From positions 39,866,001 to 39,930,000 of the forward strand of contig OX638166.1 of assembly GCA_951804945.1 (NCBI GenBank): a stretch of DNA of 64,000 nucleotides, given 5' to 3'. Positions 48,701 to 61,300 of this stretch are shown piece after piece (positions within the stretch are counted from its first letter, which is position 1; each line of letters begins with the position of its first letter). A model generated the notes under the pieces. That model had not been told where the DNA came from. It saw nothing but the letters and a program-made list of their open reading frames with translations, and searched no databases. The DNA comes from Podarcis cretensis (lineage: Eukaryota). A program made the translations under genes and the position numbers.

Positions 48701-51700
48701 AGACATGACCGGCCGGTACACTATCCTCATCAAGTACGGTGGGGATGAGATCCCCTACTCGCCGTACCGCATCCGGGCCCTGCCCACTGGCGACGCCAGC
48801 AAGTGCACCGTCACAGGTGAGCGCTCCTCCCAGGTGAGGGTCTTGTGGGGGCGAGGGCTGCTGGAGGGTGGGGTGAGCCACGCTAAAATAATGCCACGCC
48901 CTCCCACCACATCGACTGCTTTTTGCCGGGCACATCCGGCCACACCGCTCACCCACTGTGGGGAGGGAAATGCTACATTGCCTACGTTCTCCTGTGTTTT
49001 ATTTTAATTGTGCACTGTTCCGTGTGATTCTTGTCTCACTCTGATTACCCTTGCTCTTTGCCCTTTCACCTCAGTGTCGATTGGAGGTCATGGGCTAGGT
49101 AAGCAGCTTGCTGATGGCTTCCTTCCCCCACCCCAAGTATGCCTGCCTGCCTGCCTGCTCTCGCTGCTTCCTTTTCCGCTGCATGGTCTCACACTGGCAT
49201 TGGGCTCCACCTCTGCCCCAGGTCAGAGAGGAGAGGGCAGCCAGGCTTCCCTGTCCAAAGGGCTGGTTGGACTGCTCCATCTGGAAGGGACCTCTTGTTC
49301 TCAAAGCAGGTGCCTGCTGAAAACTGGGTCAGTTGCTAATATAGAACTTCACTGGACCTGGATAAAAGCTGCCATTTCCCTGGCTAGGCTATAAAAGAAG
49401 CATATGTATTCCTTGGTCTGTTAAAACCTTGCCAGGACCAAAATGATCAGGTGGGCGCTTAAAGTGCAGTGCCACTTATTTGTCAGTTAAAGCTTCTAGT
49501 TCAGGGATTGGGGGGGGGAGGCTGTGGCACTTGCAGTGTTGCACCTCCTCCCAGGCATAGCCAGCATGGCCCAGTGGTCAGGGATGATGAGAATTGTAGT
49601 CCCTATATCTGAAGGGACACAGCCCTGCTTTAGTTGTTGATGTTTGTTTTGGGCTTTTAAAAAAATTATCTCCCCTGCACTTGCTGCTAAACAAGAACTG
49701 TTTTCAGTAGCTCCCTTTGATACCTGTTCCACTTTCAGCAAACATGTGATGAGTTTGAATGATAGGACTTGTGCCAGCATAAGGAATGCCAGCTTTACAA
49801 GTAGCGCACGTGAAAACAGTTGGGGCCTGTACTTTGTCTTAACCCATTATGGACTATTGAAATCAGTAGTGGCTCTTCAGGGTCCCAGGCAAAGGCCTTT
49901 TGCAGACCTGCTAGAGAAGCTGTTCCTTGAAGCAAAGTTGCTAGGGGTCAAAACAGGGTCCTTCCTTTCTTTTTCATTTTTCAGTTTTTTACTTGAGATG
50001 AGCCACTAGTTTGCCCCTGCTAGAACATATTCACTTTTTGCTTCTTCCAGCAAGATAGGATTGCTGTGAACTAAGCCTCTGCTTCAGAGGCAGAAAAGAG
50101 ACAACTTTTGGGGAGGGGGAGGGAGAGCTGGAAGCCGTGCATTTTCTCCAACCCTAGCCATTGATATGAAGCAAGGAGGTGGATCTGAATGTTAGTGGTG
50201 GGTTGGATTATGGCTGTCATGGTACATTTCCCCCTTCCACCCCCTTCTATCCACCCTCCCTGCCTCCCCAAATAGTCCTCTCCTACCCTTTGCCTCCCTC
50301 TCTATCTTCCATCTCCTGCTGTGCTTGCCTAATGAGGGGCGTGAGCTTGTGAATCAGGAAATGGATCAGGTACATGCATGTTTCTTAGCTCTGTGGGGAA
50401 GGCTTCTGTCTACAGGCAGGCATGTTGCAAGCATTGTGGTGGCTCAGGGAACCACCGAAGTTTGTGGGAGTCCTGTTGATGTTGTCTTGGCTTTCCACAA
50501 GAAGTGTGCTTCAGGGGTCTGTATCAGGCACGTGAACGGATTTTGTTTGCCACATTTCTATACTGTCAAATAGCTTGAAAACTCTGAGCAGTTCACAAGA
50601 ATAAGAGGCTGAAACTGTAACACATAGAAATCTAAAACAACTACAGAATAGATTATTATTATTATTTATTTATTTATTTATACCCTGCCCTTCCCAGCCA
50701 AGACCGGGCTCAGGGCGGCTCACACCAAGTATAAAACAATTGATTAAAATACAACTTAAAAACAAGATTAAAATACAACATTAAAATGCAGCCTCATTTC
50801 AGTAGAAACTCAAATCAAAAACAAAAATGTTATCAAACCAAAGCAAGAGCAACAGAGCAGCAACACTTCTTTTGAATGCAAAGGCCCTGGGAGCATTGAA
50901 ATGTCTTTTCCTATCATCCAAAAGATCAGTGCACGTGCCAGGCGAGTCTTTTTGGAGAGGGCATTCCGCAGCCCAGGTGCCCCCACTGGAAAGGTCATCG
51001 GGGTGAATTCCTGGCAGCAGCTTCAGACCAGGGAAACTGATAAGTGGTTGCCATCTTCAGGGAAGCTCGGTTCCCTACCCCAAGTGTAAGGGGAAAATAA
51101 CACCTCATGGTCTTCCTGAGCAGATTAGAGGAGTCATAAGCTGCAGATAGAGCCCGAGACCACAGTGAAGAAACATCATTATTTATTCAATTTATTTACT
51201 GTCCTTTATTAATGACACATTACAGAACATCAGTGATAAAAACATAATAAAAAGCATACTGGCAGACAGCCTAATAATAAAATAGTCATCATAATAACAT
51301 TCCTTCCCCCCCCCCCTGCATTTTTCCAGGCTGTGGGCCATAGCCATAGGCCTGGGTAAAGAGGAATGTTTTTGCCTGGTGCCTAAACATGCACTATTTC
51401 ATCTCCCCTCCCCCGACTTGCATCCTCCATGCAGCTTGACAGGCAAACTGGTAGCCCACGGCTTGTCTTTGCTATCCAGAGGGCTTAGGAGTTAAATTTG
51501 GCTGGACATAAATCTAAACATTTTCCCTTCCTAGCACTCATTCCCAAAAACACACTCTCATAGCCAGCACTAGGGGCCCAGTTTTTATTACTGTGTGTGT
51601 AGCTTTGATCATGATTTGCCATTTTACAATAGGAACCTAAGCCAACAATAGAAATCTTGATTCAGCTTGAACTTGATGTTGATGTGATGGGGGGGGGGAG

Positions 51701-54700
51701 AACCCAAACATGATATTTACAGCAGCTTCTCTGTTTGTTAACAGTGTTGTTGCTTTTGGAAATCTCTTTAAGCCAGAGCCCTCTCTGTAAGAAGGATTAA
51801 CCCATTGTGGTGCCTTCCAGATCTTGTTGGGCAAACTCCCATTGGCTCCAGTTTCTGTGGCCATTGGTCAGGTAGGATGGGAGCTCAAGGGCACCATGCT
51901 GGCTGCCTCAGGTTAACCCTTTAAGCTAGTTTGAAAGTCTGTGGCTCAAAATCTCCTCTTGTGCTTTGATTGCATAGGGTTCGTTCTTCAGTGAGAACAA
52001 GCTCTTCCTTGGCATTAGCCGATCCCTAGTCACACAAAGCTGTAACATCCCTTGCTTTATGAACAACCAATGCTGCTGCTGCTGGGGTCCAATCATGGCT
52101 TTAGTTGCCTTAACTCCATCTTGCTTTAGTCCTTTTAAAAAAATGTTATGTTATCTGACTGTTTCCTTGGGGGGCTTGGTGTCAGATGGCAAGAGTTGGG
52201 TCTGATCCAGCTCCCAGCCTCCTGTGCAAGCTGGAAGGGTTTTTTGACCCCCACCTCAACACAATTGGCATGGGGGGCTCTGACAGCCTCTCCTCTGCAC
52301 CTCAACCACCTTCTCCCTTGCATGAGCACATCTGAAAATGGGAGTGAGCCATTGAGGTGCATTGGAGAAGAGTGTCTGGTAGATAGTGGTGGGTGGGTGG
52401 GTAACATATCTTGCCTGAGTTCTAAACATTGTCCTGCCAAAAACTTAACTGCTGACCAGGCTTTGGTATTGGCTGGAACAGCCATCATTTTGAGCCAATT
52501 GTGGTGTCTGCAAATGCAGGCCTCTCATGTGAATGCAGGTATTCCTGGAAAGAGCTTGCGTGAGGTGCACCAGCAAGTGTGAACTGGCCCTAGTGTTCCA
52601 GCCTGTGTTTTCCTACTTGCAGAGTTTCCTTTCATTCTCTGTCATCCATTGTAAAAGCCTTTGGCTTTATACAATAAAACTGATCACTAGTACTTGCAAC
52701 TGAATGGGTGAATATAGTCCCTTGGTAAGGTGCTCTGTTTTGACCTACAGTGGCTTAATTCATCTATGCAATATTGGTCCTCCCACAATTTGGTCAACCT
52801 GCCCTCTGTCTCAAAGTCCCCATGAGGCCATGTCAGCTGGTATAAGAGGCTGGGAGCTTAGGGAGACCCATGGTGCATGATGGGAAGGAGTTGGGAATTG
52901 GACTCAAGTTCTCCATTCCTCATTGGCTTTCCCTTCTGCCAGGAGCCGGCATTGGGCCCACCATCCAAATTGGTGAGGAGACGGTGATCACGGTGGATGC
53001 CAAGGCTGCTGGGAAGGGCAAGGTGACTTGCACAGTATGCACTCCTGATGGCACAGAGGTGGACGTGGATGTGGTGGAAAATGAGGACGGCACCTTTGAC
53101 ATCTTCTACACGGCGCCCCAGCCAGGCAAATATGTCATCTGTGTGCGCTTCGGAGGAGAGCACATTCCCAACAGTCCTTTCCAGGTTACGGTGAGTCTTG
53201 GGGTGACCAGGGAGCAGTATGTGGCCAGAGGTGTCTGGTTCTGCAAAGGGCTTAATGGCTAGCACGGTGCTGATGTTGGAAGGCTCATAAATGTGTGCAA
53301 GGTCAAGTCTTGTCCTGCGGTAGTTCTGCCTCCTTTAAATGAGTGATAATGGAACTTCCTGCCATATTGACTTAGAAGCCCAGAACTGTGGTGGTGAGAT
53401 GATTTTACCTGAAAGAGCAGGGGCAGTATTAGCAAAGGAGCTCGGTCTTTGTTTCGGATACTTCTTGTGTGTCTGTCCCAAAACTTGTGACATGTTAGAT
53501 GGAACACTCCTCCTGCCACTGAGTTTGGATCTAAGCCCTGGGCTACATCTGAGCTGGTTAACACAAATGAACATAAATACATACATACATACATGGGAAG
53601 TGGGAGGTGTGTCCCCTTGTCAAAAAAAAGCTCATGTGCATTCTAGATCTGAGAATTATACGTTCTGGGCTCTGCTTGTTTGCTCTAGGGTTGCATGTTC
53701 TCAATGGCAAAAATCCAAAATCCTGCAGAAAGGAGGCTCTGTTCAGACTAATTGGGTTTTTTTGGGTTTTTTTAGAAGAAATTGCATCCATGATCAGAAA
53801 TATAGTGGTTGTTCCCCGTTCCCCCAAAATAGAGGGTGTCATAAGAGCACAGGCAGAGGGAGAAGTTCTGTGCAGTGCAGCATAGCATATAGAATGCTCC
53901 CAGCTGCTTGAAACAAAAGCTGCTGAAAACTCCACCTCAGCCTCAGATTTTGCCACATTGCAGTCTTGGGGGTTGGACACATTATTTTAAACAGATCATT
54001 TATTTTAAACAGTTTGCTTCAGAATAATCAAGTGGGCAGCCCCCTGCTCACTCCTGTGGAGGATACATGTGCATTGGGTGGCAGAAAAAGCTGTGCTGCT
54101 CTGATGTATAGATTGTTTGTTTATCTTGTTATTTCATAAAATTTATACACCCCTTGATGGTAAAAACAATCTATATTTGCTCCCTCTGCTCTTATTTGTG
54201 TGGTGAGGAGATCAAGTAAAAGGGATCATTACTCAGAAGTAGCAGAATTCTCATCTGCAGATGGGAAATTGCATTTTTGAAGGCTTCTCCATGTACACTC
54301 CCTGTACATGCCCCAGAAATGTACACGCCATTTCTGGGGGGACCTGGGTGCCGAGGCACCCACAAAATTTTCACTGGGTCCCGGGGGGGGGGCACCCCAA
54401 TGCAGCGCACGCATGACATTTCATGGTGCACCAAGGCACAGTGGGGCTCGTTGCAGCCACAGGAGGGACCGTTGGGCCATGTGATGACATGCGTGTAATG
54501 TGCTGGGCACCCACAACGTGAGGTGGAACCTGGTGTACGTGTACAGCAGCATGTGATTTTAGTGTACCCCTCTGTCTAATGATCTTCTGTGCTACTACTT
54601 TTGAAAAAAATAGGGTTCCTTGAAATGGTGCAAATTCTACTGACTGAGGGCTTATCCACACTTACTTTTTCTTCCAGGCATAAGCGTACTTAAAAACTTG

Positions 54701-57700
54701 TATGTCAGAGTGTTTTTCTCTCACCTTGCCCTGGAGCTTTCTCCACAAAAACCCGCTCTTTAGTGCTCAATCGGAGCAAAGGTCGATTTGGGTTTCCTGC
54801 GGATTGCCGTTTGCTCCAATTGAGCTTTAAAGCAGTGGCAGACCTTGGGGTCCCAAATTTCAGCGTCCCCCTCTGCAACACCAAAATTTGGCGCACTCCC
54901 CACCTCTTGCCTCTTTCATTCTGTGTAATAGTTGTGCTCCCAAGGCTCCATGCCCAGGGCAGCCAAATCGGCCTTGCTCCCCTAAACCTGCTTCTGTTTA
55001 AAGAGTGGGTGTCCGTGGGGAAAAGTCGTGAGCAAAAAGAAGATGCTTGGACACCATGCCTAGAGAAAGTGGAGGGAAAGTAAGTGTGGATAAGCCCGTA
55101 TTTTGCACAATATGTTTATCTGGAGCCCAGCAACAAATCTGTTACATTCAAATTGCATTGATGTGAATGATCCAAAAAATGTGTGTTGTTGTTTTTTTAA
55201 AAAAAATGTGAGCTAGGAACTTGCATACAAATGTTACATGCACGCACACACACAAAACTTGTCCTGCTGTAACATGTGACTCATTGGTTGGCTTTTGTAG
55301 ACCCAGCCTTCCTGTTTAATGCATTACTCACTCTTTCCAGGTTCCAATGCAAAAGGAACCCTCTGGCTCAGTCACAGAACGTGGAGGAAGGGAGGAAGCG
55401 GTTGGGAAGGGACAGTGTCCCTTATTTCTTTATGGGCATTGTCTTGTGTGTGTTAGAAACAAGCAAGCAAACGTCCCTCCGCCAGGGAAGTTTTGACTCA
55501 GTGGAAAGCATTTTTGAACCTGATTTCTTCCTCTTCCTCTCTTACCCCACCTCATAGCCAAGAAACTGGAGTCTCTCCACTTGAGCACAGATTTCTTGCA
55601 CAACTGAACTTCTGCTTTAACTCTGTTAAAAGCATCACCAGCAACAAAAACCCGCTAATATTTTTCTTCCCCACCTCCATTTCATCCTCAACATTTTTAT
55701 AGCACTTGCAGTCAGCGCTGGGCATCTTTACTTGGAAATTTACTGAGTTCAGTAGACCTAGATGAGTCTCAGAAAAAATCGCCTAGGATCGCAACCAGGA
55801 CTGGCCCAGAACATTTTTCTCCCTGAGGCTCTGAGTGTGTGTTGTGTGTGTTCTTTTCCCCTAGTTCTGCTGTAATTCAGTACCACATCACAGTAGTAGC
55901 TTATACCCATGAATTACAGAATTTCAGAGTTGGAAGGGACCCCAAGGGTTATCTAGTCCAACCCCCTGCAATGCAGGATCAAGGTTCCCCATCCAATTGG
56001 AAACCATACCGGACCCTGCTTAGCTTTGCAAATATGCTAGCACCTACCTTATTACCCAGACTTTTCTGGAGCTCTCCTGCCCCACCCCGCCCCCTACAAA
56101 GTGTCTCTGCAGAATAAATAAGTCCTGCCTATCTTAACTCTTCTAGTCATTTATTTGCATCCACTTCATGCAGGCTTCTTAAAATGGCACAATCCCTCCC
56201 TAGGGAATAGAATGGCTATGATAGAAAATCCAGATCATAATTCATTCAGCAGGGTATTCTCCCCCCCCCCCCAACACCTCCAGCTCTATCCCGGAGAGCT
56301 ATAAGGTGTGTGTGACCATCCCATAAAATAGCCAGAAGACTTTTTAGCATTGCAGTTTCCTGTGTTTTTTGTATGCAAAAGGAGAAACCCCATTCTCAGC
56401 CCACAGGCCACATTTTGGGGCTGTCTCTCTGCCCTAGACATAAATTGGCACCATGTTGCAACATGTGCGTTTCAGGCAATGAGATCATTATTTTGCGTTG
56501 GCAAACAGAATTGGTTTCCTTGTGCAGGCTTGGTCATACAATACTTCAGCTACATGCAAACTTGAAATACTTTGCACCAGAGTGTGTGGCTTCTATAATT
56601 GTGGACATTATTTTTGGGTGGTGGCTCACAGGGGTGCTGTCACTCCCCATCACCTTTTTCCTGGTGTACCTGTGTTATAGCACAGTTAGACTTTCTGAAC
56701 ATCTAATCTTAGGTTTCCTTTGAAAAGCAAGTTCCTAGCTCCATTGATTGTTGGCTACTTTTTTGGGGGGGGGGGGATTCCAGATTGAAGCCCTTTCTGA
56801 AGCAAATAATTCTGCAAAACAATCAAAGGTGCCCTATGTTGCCATATTGCTGTGGGAGATATGTGTGGGATACTATCCTCTGGCAAAGAGCTAGTATCTG
56901 AGAGAAGATTGGATTGTTTTGTGCAATAATGACCGAGCACTGAAGGTTTCTCCTTTAAAAAAAAAATTATTTACTGTTTTTGCAATGGGGCTGGACTTGT
57001 CCCGGGGAGATGATGAATATGGGATGACATGATGGCAGCAGGCTTGCCAGAATGGACCACTGGCCTGTTTCCCCTGTTCCTGTGGTTTTAAGTTCTGAAA
57101 TGGAAGCACGGCAGGGTTGTCCTGGCCCTGAGCCGGCCTCTCCACTGGTCCGTTCTAACACTCTTGCCCCATTCCCGCCACAGGCCCTGGATGGCGAGCG
57201 CACGACCCCCCAGCAGATGGCCCAGCCGATGCGGGCCCCACCCTACGCATATCCACCTGGTGCACAGCAGCCCTGGGGACCGGCAGTAACAGTTCAGTTT
57301 CTTGGAGGAAAAGCTAGCCCAGGGCATTCTGGGTGGGGGGAGCACCCCATGGAATTCAGCCGCCTCTGCTTTGCGCTGTTTGCCACTGCTTGGGAGGGGG
57401 GAGCTGGTTTTCTGCTTGAGGTCGCAAGATCAAAGGTTCCCTGCTCCTTTAAACAAAAACATCTGGTGGCAGGGTTAGATTATGAACCCACATCTGGAAA
57501 CTGCAGATGGGTTAGAATGTGCGCCAAGAAATGGAAACCCACTCCCAGGAAAGGCTCCAGCACTTGCCTTTGCCCTGAGAGTTGTTGAAACTGATGTTCA
57601 AATTGTTTTTTTCCATTTTTGGTGATTCTTGGTGGAAACAGAATAATCTAACCCAGGGTTTCCCAAACTTGGATCTCCAGCTGTTTTTGGATTACAATTC

Positions 57701-58346
57701 CCATGATCCCTGAGCACCTGCTAGCTAAGGGTGATGGAAGTTGTAGTCCAACAAGAGCTGGAGACCCAAGTTTGGGAAACCCGGATCTAACCCAAATGAT
57801 CTCTTCTGCCAGAGCTCCTGAGGAGCATCTGCTAGTTGGGTTTCCTTCCCAGGAGCAGCAGCAGCAGCAGCAACCTCCTCCTTTTCTCTGGAATTCCTGA
57901 GGCCTTCTGCACACAAAGCAGGTTGCCTGTCACTGAGCTACAGGTCTCTCTCCTTGGCGTTACAGGCAAGCTGTGAATCTGTTTGCGCTTGCAGCCGAAC
58001 TAGACACAGTGCCATTCACAAAACTCGCAGTTGTTTGTTTGTTTCCAAAGTGAAGAGTAAGCAAGGGGGGCCACCAACCCAGACCAAAACTACGGTGGGG
58101 GCAAAGGGCTAATGGTCCCACGTCCCCTGGGTCTAGGATCTGGAGGAAGCCTCATCAGGAGGAGATGGCCTAGAGGACATTCCTTCACTGAATGGGAAAG
58201 TCACTAAGTTTCAAGACCACCTTTTCTGAGGCAGCAACTTTAAAAAAAAAGAACTGAGCCAGGAGACGATTCACCATTTCCCCAAACTTTGTGATTTTGG
58301 GCTTACAATCCTTGGAAATAGCTGTCTTTTATTGAGCAGCTGTGAG

Positions 58347-58388
<42 letters not shown>

Positions 58389-61300
58389 ACACACACACAC
58401 ACACACACACACGGTGTCCAACGCTAGAAGTCGTGTCAACTAGGAAGAGAATCAGAGCAGAATCAACGCAGTTTGAAACTCTGCTTCCTTTGCTTGTGCA
58501 GAAAGCTTTTGTGGGGTGGGGCAGTGGCTCTGCTCCTGCAAGTGCCCCACAAGAACCCAAGCAGTGGGCTTTGTGGCTCTTTTGGGTGGTCTGTCTGATG
58601 CCCTGTGCAGGCTCTTCATCACTTCTCTCTCTTGCCCCCAACTTTGCTTTGAGGCTAACGCAGGTGGGCTGCTTTCAGAAGCAACTTTATGGGCACCTCT
58701 TCTCCCCCACCCTTGCTTGGCCTCTCCCACACCTGAATTCCAAGGGGGGAAGAGACCCCCCAGAATGTGACCGGATCGGGGCTTTTCCCAGGGTGTCTTT
58801 GTCTTTGAGGTCACATCCCTTTCTCTCTTGATGCCAGGGAGGGGGGCCATCTGTGCTTTGTATGTTGTCCTTGTCAGTACCTCCATTCTTTTTGGGGGGC
58901 GGCGGGGGGGGGGGTCTGCCAAGTCATATCTCAGGCAGGTTGTGTGATGTTCACCTTTCCAGGATGCAAAGAAGGATGCTTCTCTGTTCCCTGGGCGTGG
59001 GCATGGCTAGCATTTGTCCTGGGCAGACACAATTGGGAGTCTTACTTGGCTTGCATCCTTGTAACTGCTGATAGACATATCTCGGGGGGGGGGGGGAGGT
59101 GGGCCTTCCATATATTGTTGTTGGCCTCCCATCAGCAGCAGCTGGAACAGTCAGTACTTGGGGATGATGGGAGTTGTAGTCCAGCAATATCTGGAGGGTC
59201 ACACAGGTTCCCCAGCTGTGCCGCAACAGCTGGCTGCACATCAGTGGGATTCCACTCCAGTGAAACACAGCCACATTTGGGACAATCAGTGCCAAACAAA
59301 TGGGGGCAGTGCAGCATGGGTGGGTGTGTTGTAGAGTAGTAACTCCTTTCTGCATTAGTTCCTTGCAGTGCTGACCTTTTCAGCTGATGATAATAAAACT
59401 GGCATTCACTTTCTCTCCTGTGGATGAAATATTCAGCTACCAAATGACAGGGCCATGGGGGTGGGGACAGAATGAGCTGCACAGAAGCAACTGCCCTACT
59501 TTCCACTTGTTGTGCAACTCCCAGATACTACAGTGAATGCCACCCCATTGGGAATGCTTCCTGTAACAGCTCTAAAACCAAACCAAACTCCCTCAGCTTC
59601 TGTTTAAGCCCACCATGAAATAGAAAGGGGGCAGGGGGAATAAGTGTCATCTCTCCAGAAATGTGTTCTGGAACTAGGAACAAAATCAAAATTGAGTTCT
59701 GGCTCTTGCCAGCTTGAGTGTGTTGAGTCCCAGGACCTCTTTCTGCACTGAGCAGCTTTTGGAATGGCTCTCTCGGTATGTAAAATGACTGCTGAGCTCC
59801 ACTTCAGAACCCAGCATTGTGCTTAGTTCAAGAATCTGACTCCAAAACTCTCCCAAGCCGATGTTTGCAATACAAACTTACCAAAGCAAACCTGAAATTT
59901 AAAAGCATTTAAAGGGAAGAAGGTCCACCAAATCCATTTTTATGCAACAGCTCAGATGGCTTGCTGGCCAGCTTGCCTGTCTACACGCTCTTTCTCTCCC
60001 CCCCCCCCCCGACTGTCTGGTACCTGGTGGCTTTTCAAGATCTGTCTTTGTCTGCTCCATGTTCCATCGCTGTTTATGAACTCCTGCCATTTCTTCCCAT
60101 CCCTCCTTGTCTTGTCTGGCTCTCGAAAAAGCAAAACTGATTCTCACTGCGGTGTTGGGTTTGGGGGTGCCTCTGTCTTTTCCAGGCAACAGACCGTCCT
60201 GTTAATGGACTGGATGCCGGACTGCGGCCTTTCGACTTGGTCATTCCTTTTACCATCAAGAAAGGAGAGATCACAGGTAATGGGATGGGAGGGGGATGTG
60301 ATCAAAGTGGTTTAGGACTCTGCCTTTTACAGAGGTCAGGGCAATAGTTTATAGCCAGGCTGTGTTTTGAGCAGTATGCTTGGAGCACAGAATGTAAATG
60401 GAGGCAAAACTCAGCTTCCTGATCTCTGTTAAGTTCCTAGTCCTTAAGGTAGATTGTGAAGCATATGGCAGCGTCTGGCAAGATCAGAGGGCTGCCTGAA
60501 TAACTGTTTATAGTGGCTAGGGTGGGGGCTTCAGTGCCCTGTCTGTTTTTTGTTTTGCCTTCTCCATAACTAGCATAAGTAGAATAAACTCTAGAAGGTT
60601 TTATGCAGATTCTGGTTCTCTTGATAAAGGATATGGGTTATCTGGGTGCAGAACGTTTGATGCAGAACACCAAACTTTCCTAGTTTGCTTCAGTACAGTC
60701 TGAAAATATAGCTGTAGCACTTGCTGTTACATGCCTGGTATATAAGGATTTGGATATAGATCTTAATCATGTCTCCATCCTTGGTAGCATATTTTTATCT
60801 CTAAGAGTCATGGAGCTGGAAGGGCCCCAAAGTCTAACCTCTTAGTCCAACCTATGCAGGTCTAACCATCTAGAAAGCTTATCTACTTCCTCACCTCAAA
60901 TTAATAATCTGTTGATGGCGTAGCAAATAGAGCTTTGCCAAACCAGTTCAGTTTTTCAAACTCCTAGGATTGCAGCATATTAAATGTCTCTCCTTTCAAC
61001 AGCTCTATGAAAGGTAGATGGAATTACAGCTTTACATGAATCCAGTGGCCTAGCTAAGCCCAGTGAATTGTGGACCAGTGATTTTAATCCAGGTCCCCTT
61101 AAAATGTCCTCTCTGGGGTCCTTGCAAAAAACAGATTCCTGGGTCCTTGCATTCCTACACTGGTGAACAGAACCCACCAACTTAAAAGAGCTTTATGTGG
61201 TTTCCTCCCTCCCCACAGGTGAGGTGCGCATGCCCTCTGGCAAGGTGGCAAAGCCAGACATCACAGACAACAAGGATGGCACAGTGACAGTGCGCTACGC

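Noticed and set aside
57841-57900. Acceptor followed by (CAG)n as a polyQ exon in hinge 1
   Set aside because: In-frame TGA at 57898-57900 with no donor before it; more likely a simple repeat.
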